This document shows positions 28,998 to 38,643 of a stretch of DNA of 64,000 nucleotides, in pieces. Numbering within the stretch: position 1 is the stretch's first letter; each line of letters starts with the position of its first letter. The position numbers were made by a program, and so were the translations under genes. Below the pieces are notes generated by a model. The model saw only the letters and a list, made by a program, of their open reading frames with translations, was not told the origin of the DNA and ran no database searches. This stretch comes from a virus, in IMG/VR virus record IMGVR_UViG_3300034107_000725, positions 32,001 to 96,000 of that record; one strand, written 5' to 3'.

Positions 28998-29849
28998 ATG
29001 ACCCTCATGACCGCGATCAGTGATAAAAACCGTGCCCTTGTTTTCAGGGCTTTGCAGGAAAAGAAGGCTTCGAGCAACTTACGTGTCAAGGTAGCTCGAC
29101 ACGTAATCAACATGAAGCTGCTTGAGCGTGAAATCGCAACTTACAATCTCGACAGGCTACAAAAAGCTGCGTCGGACGGACACTCTAAAATTGCTCGTAT
29201 GAAGTTTGCTGCTTTAGTTCTGCAACACCAGGTTGAGAAGCAAGCGTTAGGTCGAGCTCTTCTTGGCGGATTAGCAAGTGGAGCTATTGGCCTGGGTAGA
29301 AGAGCGATTGGCCGTGCTGCGGGCCTAGGTGCTCAGGCGTTAGGTACAGGTGCTAGTGCTATCGGTGCCGGGTTGCGAGCAGGAGTAACAAGAGCTCCTT
29401 TGATGGCAACTGGAGCGGCGGGCCTTGGAGGCGTTTACGCCGGTTCACAGATGCCAAGCAGAGAAGAGATGGGCAACACGTTTCAGAAAAGGGTTATAGA
29501 CCCAGTGTATTACGGAGGAGCTCGTAGGTATAACGATGCTACGTTGCCGTTCCGTAAAGCTCGTGCAGCCGCTGGTGGTGCTATTGAAGGTGCGGGCCAA
29601 GGTGCCCGCAATCTAGTTTCAATGCCAGGTCGCGGACTCAGTGCAGTCAATGACATGCTGCCTGCTAGACAAGACGTCAGTCAGTCATTGGGTACGGGAA
29701 TTGGTGACGCAATGCGGTTTGTAGGGCGACAGTTCACGCCATCGGCAAGACCAAGTCAGCCTCAAGCCAGACCTAATCCGCCTGCTCCATTTGCTGACCC
29801 AGTGAGCAGACTTCCGGAAGGCGTACCGCAGAACGACGAACCAGCGTGA
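28998..29849 (+). CDS. Putative virion protein with six K-x-A motifs in the N-terminal 83 aa
   Basis: KKA, KVA, KAA, KIA, KFA, KQA, followed by a Gly/Ala-rich region. Confidence 0.65.
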   Translation: MTLMTAISDKNRALVFRALQEKKASSNLRVKVARHVINMKLLEREIATYNLDRLQKAASDGHSKIARMKFAALVLQHQVEKQALGRALLGGLASGAIGLGRRAIGRAAGLGAQALGTGASAIGAGLRAGVTRAPLMATGAAGLGGVYAGSQMPSREEMGNTFQKRVIDPVYYGGARRYNDATLPFRKARAAAGGAIEGAGQGARNLVSMPGRGLSAVNDMLPARQDVSQSLGTGIGDAMRFVGRQFTPSARPSQPQARPNPPAPFADPVSRLPEGVPQNDEPA

Positions 29850-29905
29850 TGACAAGTTCGTGATTGATACAAAGTAGAGTCATGGGTCTCGCTACCCCAG
29901 GAGAG

Positions 29906-29939
29906 TGGCAGTCTGGTTTCGACCGGACTGCCATTTTTT
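29906..29939 (+). terminator. Intrinsic terminator
   Basis: TGGCAGTCTGGT-TTCG-ACCGGACTGCCA followed by T6. Confidence 0.85.
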
Positions 29940-29988
29940 ATTGATTATTGGTTAGAATAGCGACTCGATATTCATCCTGGAGCCACGC

Positions 29989-30756
29989 ATGCGAAAAGCG
30001 ATTCTCGTCACCTCTGTTATTGCACCTGAAATGGAGTTGCCGTTAAATCTGGGCAACCGCAGATCCGCATTCACAATTCGTGAGCGACTGATTCAAACCG
30101 TCAGCACACTACACTCGCTAACCGTACAGCAGGGTGATGCTCAGATCTATTTCTGCGATGCCTCAGAGCCTGACTACAGTGAGTTCTTTGATCAGTACTA
30201 CCCCAACGTAAAATATCTGCACTTACAGGCAACAGATCCCACATTGGCTGCTGAAGTCAGAACTGTGGCAAACAAGAGTATTGGCGAAGCTCATATGGTT
30301 CTGTCCCTGTGGGACGTCTATCGCAAGGAACTACTGGAGGCGGATTTTATCATCAAGGCCACAGGTCGGTATTTTTACGAGAACCTGCACAACGAGTACT
30401 TCACCGCAGAGAATCTTGACAAGTTTTTGTTTACCTACCACTCCACTGATCAGCGACCTTGGATTGACCATGAGGGCTTCGACTGGTCGCTGGCCAAGAA
30501 TTTACTCAACCCAACAGAGTATCGGCACGTCTTGAAGACGACTCTCTACGGATTTGGACGGAAACAGACGCTGCGATACTTTAAAGCAGTCAAAGAACTC
30601 ATGTTCAAGCTCTATCGTCCGCAGTACACGTTGTACGATGTCGAAAACTTATTGGCTTGCGAATTAGGTTACGAACTGGCCAGCAATCAGTTTGTTCGCG
30701 TGAATTGGCAGTACTTAGGCTGGAACAGTGTCAGTGGAGAATTTATTAAAATATAG
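29989..30756 (+). CDS. Hypothetical glyco-related protein
   Basis: ILVTSVI, YFCDAS, FIIKATGRYF pattern, similar to GT-like proteins in phage glycan clusters. Confidence 0.5.
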   Translation: MRKAILVTSVIAPEMELPLNLGNRRSAFTIRERLIQTVSTLHSLTVQQGDAQIYFCDASEPDYSEFFDQYYPNVKYLHLQATDPTLAAEVRTVANKSIGEAHMVLSLWDVYRKELLEADFIIKATGRYFYENLHNEYFTAENLDKFLFTYHSTDQRPWIDHEGFDWSLAKNLLNPTEYRHVLKTTLYGFGRKQTLRYFKAVKELMFKLYRPQYTLYDVENLLACELGYELASNQFVRVNWQYLGWNSVSGEFIKI

Positions 30757-30816
30757 TTGTACTCTTTAGGGGGACTCGTTATAGTTTCAAAACCAATCAC
30801 CCCTGGAGTCAATCAC

Positions 30817-31020
30817 ATGACTGATGACTATCCCGTGTCTGATGTTTGCTTCGTGGCTTGGCGGGTTCTGTTCGATCCGCCCGTCCCTTCTGAGTTGTCT
30901 CGCTCTTTGGCTTTCTGGCACTTGGAGCTACAGGCAGGAAATCAGACAGCACAACAAGCCGGGTATGTTACGGACTACACGAAGTTACGTAGCTACTCTC
31001 GCAAGGCTAAACAAAAATGA
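30817..31020 (+). CDS. Small hypothetical protein
   Basis: GGAG RBS before ATG 30817; its stop overlaps the next start. Confidence 0.5.
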   Translation: MTDDYPVSDVCFVAWRVLFDPPVPSELSRSLAFWHLELQAGNQTAQQAGYVTDYTKLRSYSRKAKQK

Positions 31021-31313
31021 ATGAAGAGATACACCCAAAGCGGGCAGCCATCCTGGAGCACATCGAAGCTCAGGAGCTGGAAGACGTAGTCTTGTTGGAT
31101 GGGCTCGACACGGCCATTCTTGGTCTGGTCAAGCTGCACCCCAACGGAGCTACCGTCGTGGCCTATAGCATCAAAAAGATTTTGACTAGCTTGGTCGCTG
31201 ACGGCATGGACGAGGACGAAGCATATGAGTACTTCAATTTCAACATTGAGTGCCTGTATGTGGGTCTAAATACTCCAGTCTTTGTTCAGGATGAGCAGGA
31301 CTTCACTCTTTAG
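31017..31313 (+). CDS. Conserved-looking uncharacterised phage protein
   Basis: LDGLDTAILG...EAYEYFNFNI...TPVFV pattern recurrent in phage genomes. Confidence 0.65.
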   Translation: MNEEIHPKRAAILEHIEAQELEDVVLLDGLDTAILGLVKLHPNGATVVAYSIKKILTSLVADGMDEDEAYEYFNFNIECLYVGLNTPVFVQDEQDFTL

Positions 31314-31355
31314 TCGTATAGGAGACACTATATGCGACATCAGAAAGGTTTCAAC

Positions 31356-31820
31356 ATGCGGAAACTCGTGCTGGCAACAGGTATTTTCTTCGGCGGTATG
31401 GCAACAGCTCAGGCTGTTCAGCCTTTACATGCTGATTTGAATCCCGCGAACTACACGCCATATGTTGACTACTACGACACCGGGTCGCAGCAGACGTTTT
31501 ATTACGACAGTGCTGCTGGCTCATTCTTTGTACGACTTGCACCGGCGACGCAGCCTTTGGCTACAACGACGGTACCAGCAGGTTATGAGCTGGTCTATGG
31601 TGGCAATGACCAGTCGGCTTGTCAGGCCAAAGCAAACTACTTGGCAGCCACCGGCGTGCTTAGCCACGGAAACTACACCATTGGTGCCTTTGAAGGAATC
31701 GGTGTAGGTGGCAATTCGCTATGCAACACATGCGTACCCGGCGGAGCCATGTCTCTGTCAGGTGATGCTTCGGCTCTGTCTGCCACCGGTATGTGGTACA
31801 GGGTGCGGGCGTGGAGATAA
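31356..31820 (+). CDS. Secreted protein with a minimal CAP/SCP-like domain
   Basis: Signal peptide MRKLVLATGIFFGGMATAQA; AKANYLAATGVLSHG, EGIG, WYRVRAW. Confidence 0.55.
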   Translation: MRKLVLATGIFFGGMATAQAVQPLHADLNPANYTPYVDYYDTGSQQTFYYDSAAGSFFVRLAPATQPLATTTVPAGYELVYGGNDQSACQAKANYLAATGVLSHGNYTIGAFEGIGVGGNSLCNTCVPGGAMSLSGDASALSATGMWYRVRAWR

Positions 31821-31908
31821 GGAAACAGCTACCACTCAACAATTCTCTCTTCATTCTAGTACCGTCAAATTTGATGGGTTTAGAATAAGGTTGAGTGGCA
31901 GTTAAAGA

Positions 31909-32040
31909 AGAGTCGCGTGCGGGTAGGAACCGCAACCTAGCTTTGTTTTGTATTTCAAAGCCAGGTCTTCATCAGCTCAATCACGTCAAGCACCTTCGTG
32001 ATAGTGTTGATGAAGAGGAGGTGCAAATCCTCCCGGCTCT
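31909..32040 (+). ncRNA. tRNA-like structured RNA with an oversized variable arm
   Basis: 7-bp acceptor-like stem AGAGTCG/CGGCTCT; arm TGCGG/CCGCA; arm GCTTTG/CAAAGC; long arm CTTCATCAGC/GTTGATGAAG plus ATCACG/CGTGAT; T-like arm GGAGG-TGCAAAT-CCTCC. Confidence 0.55.
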
Positions 32041-32083
32041 TTTCGGTTTCAATTCCGGATTTTGACTCAAACGAGAGGCTCGT

Positions 32084-32932
32084 ATGACAGTAGAAGAACT
32101 GAAGTGGAAGAAGTTCCCAGTATCGAACGACGGATTCGTCTGCTTGGTCGACGTCATGGGCGACGACGCTGCGGTTGCTCAGGCGGCACGAACAAGCTAC
32201 GGTATCGGAACCAAAGCGGTATCGGACGATCGAAGCCTACTCCGGTACCTGATGAGACACTACCACACGACACCTTTCGAGATGGTAGAGCTTAAGTTCA
32301 TGGTACGAGTGCCGATGGACACATGGCGTCAGTGGATTCGCCATCGCACGGCCAGCGTGAACGAATACAGCACACGATACTCAGAAGCGATTGACAGTCA
32401 GCAGACGACGATGGCTGCGGACTGGCGTACTCAGAGTACAGATAACAAGCAGGGATCGAATGGTTATATACCTGCTCATCGGGGTCAGGTGCTGTCGATG
32501 CAGGAATCCGAACTGCATGAGTTGTCCAGATCCATATATCAACAGCGGTTGAACTTTGGCGTAGCCCGTGAACAGGCTCGTAAGGATCTACCACTCTCGA
32601 CGTACACGGAAGCCTACTGGAAACTTAACCTGCACAATCTTCTGCACTTTCTCTACCTGCGTATGGAAGAGCACGCTCAGAAAGAGATTCGTGACTACGC
32701 TACGGTCATTGGCGAGAAGATCATCAGTCAGATTTTGCCAGACACGTGGGAAGCCTTTGAAGATTACCGCAGGAAAGCGGTGCACTTCTCTCGGCTAGAG
32801 ATCATCGCGTTGAAAGAGATACTGGAAACCGTAGACATCCCGGACGGTCTTGTAGACATCTCGACTGAGCACATCAAGAACAAACGGGAACGCACTGAAG
32901 CCATCACCAAGATCCGAAGTCTACTGAACTGA
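32084..32932 (+). CDS. thyX: Flavin-dependent thymidylate synthase
   Basis: HYHTTPFE and signature RQWIRHRTASVNEYSTRYS. Confidence 0.95.
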   Translation: MTVEELKWKKFPVSNDGFVCLVDVMGDDAAVAQAARTSYGIGTKAVSDDRSLLRYLMRHYHTTPFEMVELKFMVRVPMDTWRQWIRHRTASVNEYSTRYSEAIDSQQTTMAADWRTQSTDNKQGSNGYIPAHRGQVLSMQESELHELSRSIYQQRLNFGVAREQARKDLPLSTYTEAYWKLNLHNLLHFLYLRMEEHAQKEIRDYATVIGEKIISQILPDTWEAFEDYRRKAVHFSRLEIIALKEILETVDIPDGLVDISTEHIKNKRERTEAITKIRSLLN

Positions 32933-32941
32933 GATCAATAC

Positions 32942-33613
32942 ATGGCACTGCAACGGCTGATTGTTGGCTGGTCTCGGGGTGGCTTAGGCTACATCACCCA
33001 GCTCTTGACCAGAGCAGGGCTGGAAGTTGGCAACACATTTGACCACACGACGAGCACAGACAACTTGAATGACCGGGTAGCCAGAGCAAAACCGTTCGAA
33101 GTATCACCGTTTGTTGTTCCGTTTTTGTCTAACCCAGCCTTTCATTCGGTTCCAGTAACCTTTGTGTTACGGGATCCGATGAGAGTCTTTAACAGCCTGT
33201 ACTTTCACGGACTGTTTCACTCTGAAAAGTTCTCAGAGGTTAGACATTCAGCGGAACTTCACTTGCCACACATTCGCAGCCTTCAGGGGCGTCCTGCTCA
33301 GACGATCATAGCTTACCTGGATACTTGGTTGCGGCTGGCCAGCCACCATCGTCCAGGCATACCTACACTCCGGGTGGAGTCAGGCCCCATGCTGTTGCTA
33401 AAGTCGTTAACTGGATATGTGCCAGAGTTACTACCATACTGCCCGCCAGACGTGAATGCGTCGTATTGCAGGCAGACAACCTTACCCGACCAGTTACCCA
33501 ACGTAGCTCGTGAACGCATGTCTGCGTTGCTGCTTGAGCTGGGCTATCGTGAGGATTACTGGAGACCCTGGGGCGGACACGCTCATTACGTTACACCAGA
33601 ATGGCACTGCTGA
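32942..33613 (+). CDS. Degenerate sulfotransferase-like protein
   Basis: LIVGWSRGGLGY at the PSB position; FVLRDPMRVFNS is PB-loop-like. Confidence 0.5.
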   Translation: MALQRLIVGWSRGGLGYITQLLTRAGLEVGNTFDHTTSTDNLNDRVARAKPFEVSPFVVPFLSNPAFHSVPVTFVLRDPMRVFNSLYFHGLFHSEKFSEVRHSAELHLPHIRSLQGRPAQTIIAYLDTWLRLASHHRPGIPTLRVESGPMLLLKSLTGYVPELLPYCPPDVNASYCRQTTLPDQLPNVARERMSALLLELGYREDYWRPWGGHAHYVTPEWHC

Positions 33614-34788
33614 TGGAACCGATCATCGTCAACCGTTTTAAGCCTTATCGCAAGATGCGGTGGTGTCGGTCCAACTATCTTTGGCTTGAAACCAATCCTT
33701 ATCTGGAAAAGTATCAAATCAAGGTACACCACGGCGAAGCAGGCCCACAGGAGGTTTTGGTTATACCTTGCCCACACTTGCCGGGCCGTGAGGCTATGGT
33801 TCATGCAGATTACGGACTATGGATACAGCAAGGGCATCTAGGCACGTTTGACTATGGGGATACGCCCATGGTTTGCGACAGCTCTCTGGACTATGCTCAC
33901 TTAGATCCGGCTATCCGATCGTTAATAGGACACCCACAGATACGGGCTTACTTACCGAACACGGATTTTCGGGATCGTACAGTACAGCAGCGAAAAAGCT
34001 GGGGCGGCGAATACTATGGAACGGTACACGTCCGACGAAGACTGTACAACATGGGACCTGATGTGCGGGAAGAGCGTGGACCGTTATCGGCGGAAATTGC
34101 AAACAAGATTCAACCGCTGAACCGTCCGCCTACTCCGCCGTTCTCGGATGAGATCTTTGAGTATATTGCCAGCAAGATCAAGCCGCTTAACCAGCGGCCT
34201 GTGGATCTTTTTTTTAGTGGTCGGACAAGATATCACAAAGACCGCTACGGTAATTATCCAACGGCACACCGCAAAGAATTGGAAGACATGTGGGAGACGT
34301 TGCCAGGTCAGGTCAAAGTCCTTCGTACTTACGATAACTACGACGGAACACTGAAGGACGGCAAACCAATTGAAAAGTACAGTTATCCGTATGAGTATGT
34401 GGACGCCTTGCTTCAAGCCAAAGTGGTAATCAGTCCGTGGGGTTGGTCCCCCTGGTGTATTAGAGACATAGAAGCCCTGGCTTGCGGCTGTATCGTAGTG
34501 AAGCCTGAGTGCAGCAACATGTTGGTTTTTCCAGATATCTACGATCCCAGGAAGCAATTCCTGGTCTGGTGTGACATCACGTTTGCCGGGCTCGCGGATC
34601 AGCTCAACTACATCTACACACACATTGCCGAGATGCAAGACAGGGTAAACCGAGGACGAGAGTTCGTAACCGATGCTCTGTATCCCAACGACAAGTTGTA
34701 TGCAAGCTGGACAAGGGACATACGACAAACACTGGAAAGAGCCTTGGAAAAGCCATCATATACTCAGGCAAAGCATATCGCCCTTTGA
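33601..34788 (+). CDS. GT-B glycosyltransferase-like protein
   Basis: LFFSGR, KVVISPWGW, RDIEALACGCIVVKP. Confidence 0.7.
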   Translation: MALLMEPIIVNRFKPYRKMRWCRSNYLWLETNPYLEKYQIKVHHGEAGPQEVLVIPCPHLPGREAMVHADYGLWIQQGHLGTFDYGDTPMVCDSSLDYAHLDPAIRSLIGHPQIRAYLPNTDFRDRTVQQRKSWGGEYYGTVHVRRRLYNMGPDVREERGPLSAEIANKIQPLNRPPTPPFSDEIFEYIASKIKPLNQRPVDLFFSGRTRYHKDRYGNYPTAHRKELEDMWETLPGQVKVLRTYDNYDGTLKDGKPIEKYSYPYEYVDALLQAKVVISPWGWSPWCIRDIEALACGCIVVKPECSNMLVFPDIYDPRKQFLVWCDITFAGLADQLNYIYTHIAEMQDRVNRGREFVTDALYPNDKLYASWTRDIRQTLERALEKPSYTQAKHIAL

Positions 34789-34950
34789 CCCAAGTTTCTT
34801 TAAATACTAGACGTAAGTTACAATGTTTTATGGTCATACGGTCGCATAAGGATGGCGACTATTTAAGCTATGAACTGTTTTTCAACCGCAGTGGTTTCAT
34901 TACTCAGAATTTGACCGTCACACACACTACCCGTCATGGAGGATTAGTGT

Positions 34951-36285
34951 ATGCAACCTCGGAAACCTTCCGACGTCTCGACAGAGCAAATGTTCGAAAC
35001 CGCGTTACGCCACAAAGGTAACTTGGTGACTGCAGCAGCAGAGCTCGGCTTAGCCAGTCGATCTGTTATTTGGACTCGACTGAACAGGGCAGGAATGCTT
35101 GCAAAGCTACGCGAGTCTACCGGACAAACGCACGTTGTCTCTAAAAAGGAAAACATCAAGATCAAGGAGCAGGCAGACTCCGCCGAGATTGAATACCTGG
35201 GCGACCAGATTCATACAGCGGAAGAACTGCTGGCAAAATCCGGAATTAACATGGACCTTTATGAGGTCGAACGTATCACAGTCAACAACTGGGAAGTAGC
35301 CGGAGCCAAGAAGCAGACAGATGGCATCTGGAAGACTGGATTACGTCAGATCAAGGTTTCACTTCGACGTAAGAGAGACGAGACTATTTCTCTGGAGCGA
35401 TTGCTACAGGACCTGAAATCAAACTCGCCTATTGCTAAAGCCTACGACTATCCAAAACCGTTAGCCCAGACTTATCGACGGGCTTTGGAAGTCTCCATCA
35501 TGGATCCGCACTTTGGTATGCAGTGCTACCAGGGAGAAAGCGATCATGATTGGAATCTGGAAATCTGTAGCAACATCTGTATGTGGGCTATCGATTCGCT
35601 GATTAAACGAGCAGAGGGTTATGGTCAGTTTGAGGAGATCGTCTTTCCTTTCGGTAACGACTTTCTTCACCATGACAACATGATGCACACGACGACCAAA
35701 GGCACGATACAACCGGAAGCCATGGCGTTCCAGTACGTGTATGAGCATGCGATACGCTTGGCAGTGACCATGGTAGATCGACTGGCTCAAATCGCTCCAG
35801 TGCGTGTAATTCAGGTTTCAGGAAATCACGATTACGTGGCTTCTTTTAGCCTTGGACACGTGTTGAAAGCGTACTATAGAAACAACGAGAATGTTTCGGT
35901 GGAGGTGAATCCTTCGCCGTACAAGTTCTACAAGTTCGGAGCAAACCTGATTGGCTTTGACCATGGTCACCATATCAAAGCTGGGAAACTGGCAGGGCTC
36001 ATGGCTCAACACTGTCGTGAGCACTGGGCGACCACCAGCTTTAGAGAATGGCATCTGGGCGACCAACACCGCAAGGGCACAGGCAGTCCCGTGGTTATGG
36101 AAGAGCAGGGAGTGAGCGTAGAATACCTACCAGCTCTGACACCGCCTAACGGCTGGCACAAGCTCAAGGGCTTTAACTGGCAACAACGCGGGGCGATGGG
36201 TTTTGTGTGGGATCACGACGAGGGACCGATTGCACGGTTACAGGTCAATCTTGACAGTTACACCGGCAAGCCTATGGGTACTTGA
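34951..36285 (+). CDS. HTH plus calcineurin-like metallophosphoesterase
   Basis: N-terminal TAAAELGL HTH; DPHFG, GNDFLH, GNHD, FDHGH, GDQH. Confidence 0.8.
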   Translation: MQPRKPSDVSTEQMFETALRHKGNLVTAAAELGLASRSVIWTRLNRAGMLAKLRESTGQTHVVSKKENIKIKEQADSAEIEYLGDQIHTAEELLAKSGINMDLYEVERITVNNWEVAGAKKQTDGIWKTGLRQIKVSLRRKRDETISLERLLQDLKSNSPIAKAYDYPKPLAQTYRRALEVSIMDPHFGMQCYQGESDHDWNLEICSNICMWAIDSLIKRAEGYGQFEEIVFPFGNDFLHHDNMMHTTTKGTIQPEAMAFQYVYEHAIRLAVTMVDRLAQIAPVRVIQVSGNHDYVASFSLGHVLKAYYRNNENVSVEVNPSPYKFYKFGANLIGFDHGHHIKAGKLAGLMAQHCREHWATTSFREWHLGDQHRKGTGSPVVMEEQGVSVEYLPALTPPNGWHKLKGFNWQQRGAMGFVWDHDEGPIARLQVNLDSYTGKPMGT

Positions 36286-36319
36286 GGTGAGAGTACCATG
36301 ATTACCAAGGAGGGTAACT

Positions 36320-36652
36320 ATGGCTCGACGAGAGTTTGATCATGTGTTACGGATGATCCGCAAGGAATGTCCAATATCAGTACCGATTCGAGTGGTTAGT
36401 CGAAACCTGGAAACCGAGCGGTTGTGCGGGAGTTGCACAACCTATGTGTTCGAGGATAGTTCGATTGAGAAGTTTCTAATTGAGATCGATAACTCTCTGA
36501 CTCGTATTTCTGCGGTGGATACCTTGTTACACGAATGGGCTCATGCGATGGACCAAGATCGCAACGGAGTAACAACAGATTCCCACCGAGATAGTTGGGG
36601 ACTTTGCTATGCGGAGGCATGGCGGGCTTACACAACTAAGATACCGGAATGA
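36320..36652 (+). CDS. Small zincin-like (HExxH) protein
   Basis: LLHEWAHAM; GGAGG RBS. Confidence 0.65.
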   Translation: MARREFDHVLRMIRKECPISVPIRVVSRNLETERLCGSCTTYVFEDSSIEKFLIEIDNSLTRISAVDTLLHEWAHAMDQDRNGVTTDSHRDSWGLCYAEAWRAYTTKIPE

Positions 36653-36674
36653 CCGGTGTAAAATTTAACAGGCC

Positions 36675-36711
36675 AAAAGAGTTATCCCGCCGGGTGACTC
36701 TTTTTTTTTTT
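36675..36711 (+). terminator. Intrinsic terminator
   Basis: GAGTTATCC-CGCC-GGGTGACTC-type stem followed by T11. Confidence 0.8.
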
Positions 36712-36793
36712 ATGAAAGAGGGTTGACGGTGTAACCCAAAGGGGTTACAAATTGATTTGTCTAATTCTGGATTTTAAAACCAAGGATCCACTC

Positions 36794-37612
36794 ATGCCTG
36801 CTCCACTGGTCTCTTGTATTCTGCCTTTCGCAAACGCACAGCGAATAACCCTGGTTCGTAAGGTAGTTAACAACTTTATACGGCAGCACTACACTCCTTA
36901 TGAGTTGATTATCGTCAACAGCTCTGGGACCAAGGTGCTGACCAACAACGACATGGACACCCCGGAAATGCGGGATGCCGGTTGTCGTATTACTGAAATA
37001 GTAGCCTCCTCGGGGCTGAACGCCTCGACTATGAAAAACATAGGGCTGAAGAACGCGATTGGTGACTGGGTGACCTGCATCGACGATGACGATTACTACC
37101 ACCCGACTCGGTTAATGTTTCAGATGGCTCATCGCCGTGAGCATAACCCTTGCATGCTGAAGTATCAGCTGCGGGTAGATCTCTCAGAGGCTTTAAGCAG
37201 TACGCTTGAAAGTGACCTGCAAGCGGTGCAACCTAAGCTCCACTTGTTAAAACGGGAAGACGGTATTCCATGTACCATGCTGTTCCCTAGGATTGAAATC
37301 TCTACAGGGCATAACTGGATATTCGACGAGCGACTCAATACCGGAGAGTACGGAGAGCTATTAACTCGAATGCATCGGCGAGGGCGGAACGGCGTTGTGT
37401 GCGACAACATGCACAGTCCGTTAATCACTGGTTTACATTGGCCGATGCTGTCCATTGCTGTGTATCACGGTGGGAATGAATTGACTCGAGAGCAGTTCTT
37501 TCCGCAGTCTGATCCACTGGTTGGGCAATTTGGCGTACCAACGGGACTCAATCCCACAGACATGGAACAGCTTAAGATCGTTCTGCAATCATATAATTTT
37601 CAAATTCTCTAA
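36794..37612 (+). CDS. GT2-like glycosyltransferase
   Basis: LVSCILPFAN, IIVNSS, VTCIDDDDYYHPTRL. Confidence 0.8.
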   Translation: MPAPLVSCILPFANAQRITLVRKVVNNFIRQHYTPYELIIVNSSGTKVLTNNDMDTPEMRDAGCRITEIVASSGLNASTMKNIGLKNAIGDWVTCIDDDDYYHPTRLMFQMAHRREHNPCMLKYQLRVDLSEALSSTLESDLQAVQPKLHLLKREDGIPCTMLFPRIEISTGHNWIFDERLNTGEYGELLTRMHRRGRNGVVCDNMHSPLITGLHWPMLSIAVYHGGNELTREQFFPQSDPLVGQFGVPTGLNPTDMEQLKIVLQSYNFQIL

Positions 37613-37630
37613 TGTGTTTTAGCTAAGGAC

Positions 37631-38407
37631 GTGACGATGGCATGGTACAACCAGGAAAAACCTGACACGATGAATTTTGTCGTAGCAGGTAATTACCACT
37701 CAGGTTATGGTTTGCTCCAGGCGGCATTGTCCGCTCACCCTAGCGTTGTTTGTCACGGGGACGTACTGCACACGGAAGATAAGATTCGGCAAATCGAGCA
37801 TGAGAGCTATTTTGGCGATTCAGGTAGAGTGCCGGATTGGTACGTCCCAACACATTTGAGTGCAGAGCAGTATCTAAACAACAAGATCTTTGACAACACC
37901 TTGCACCAAGAGCGAGCAGTCGGCGTAAAGATCAACTACTGCAACTTCGTCCAGCACGATTTGTGGGACTATGTTGATCAGAAGTGTCGTCAGGGTGACT
38001 TCTATCTTGTACACGTCGTGAGAAATCCCATCGCTTGTTACGTAGCCTGGAAGCAAGCTCAAGGTAACAATGGATTGTTAGGTCCTGCGGTTCGCAGTCA
38101 TACAGTGTTTGTGGAGCCTCAAGAGCTAACCCAGTTTGTGCGGGAGCACGAAGCAGTGAAGCTCAAGATTGATCGGTTGTGTTCCTCGCGTGCAGTGATA
38201 CTTTATCACGAGATGCTTTTGGACTTTCGGGGCACGCTGGAGAAGTTGCTTCCTTGGATGGAGCTACCGTTTAGCTCTGCTTGTGTCATTAACCAGGCTC
38301 GGGTAAAACGACGAGACATTCGTAGTCGGGTTTCCAACTGGTCGCAGCTCAAGACTGCACTACCTCGGGACGTATTGGCATACCTCGAAGACCCTACGCT
38401 TTTTTGA
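37631..38407 (+). CDS. Stf0-like sulfotransferase-family protein (altered PSB loop)
   Basis: HSGYGLLQAALSAHPSVVCHGD, GVKI, VVRNP, YHEML. Confidence 0.7.
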   Translation: MTMAWYNQEKPDTMNFVVAGNYHSGYGLLQAALSAHPSVVCHGDVLHTEDKIRQIEHESYFGDSGRVPDWYVPTHLSAEQYLNNKIFDNTLHQERAVGVKINYCNFVQHDLWDYVDQKCRQGDFYLVHVVRNPIACYVAWKQAQGNNGLLGPAVRSHTVFVEPQELTQFVREHEAVKLKIDRLCSSRAVILYHEMLLDFRGTLEKLLPWMELPFSSACVINQARVKRRDIRSRVSNWSQLKTALPRDVLAYLEDPTLF

Positions 38408-38421
38408 TCCTCAAGGACACT

Positions 38422-38643
38422 ATGACAAAGCCAAAGAAGGAAAATCCACCGTTGACGGATCGCGAGTGGCAAGTTGTACGACTGATTCAACAGAATAAGA
38501 AGTACAGAGAGATTGCAACAGAATTGGGATTGGGCTACGAGACTGTGAAGACTTATGCCACGCGTATTCGTCGCAAGCTCAATCTGACGTCTAAAGTGGC
38601 GGTTGCGTTGTGGGCACAAGAGAAAGGAAAGTCTGATGGATAA
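38422..38643 (+). CDS. LuxR-type HTH DNA-binding protein (stand-alone)
   Basis: LTDREWQVVRL...IATELGLGYETVKTYATRIRRKL. Confidence 0.85.
   Translation: MTKPKKENPPLTDREWQVVRLIQQNKKYREIATELGLGYETVKTYATRIRRKLNLTSKVAVALWAQEKGKSDG

Noticed and set aside
2709-31886. TAGAAT hexamers (near 2709, 29953 and 31881) as a shared phage promoter motif
   Set aside because: Only three instances with no common upstream element; insufficient without TSS data.
31909-32040. Functional tRNA-Tyr(GTA), tRNA-Sec or tmRNA
   Set aside because: 10-nt anticodon-position loop with pyrimidine at 37, TGCAAAT T-loop, no TCA anticodon, and too short with no tag ORF for tmRNA.
34785-35021. 78-aa TTG-start ORF between the GT-B and phosphoesterase genes
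   Set aside because: No RBS, overlaps the next gene by 70 nt, and has no recognisable features.
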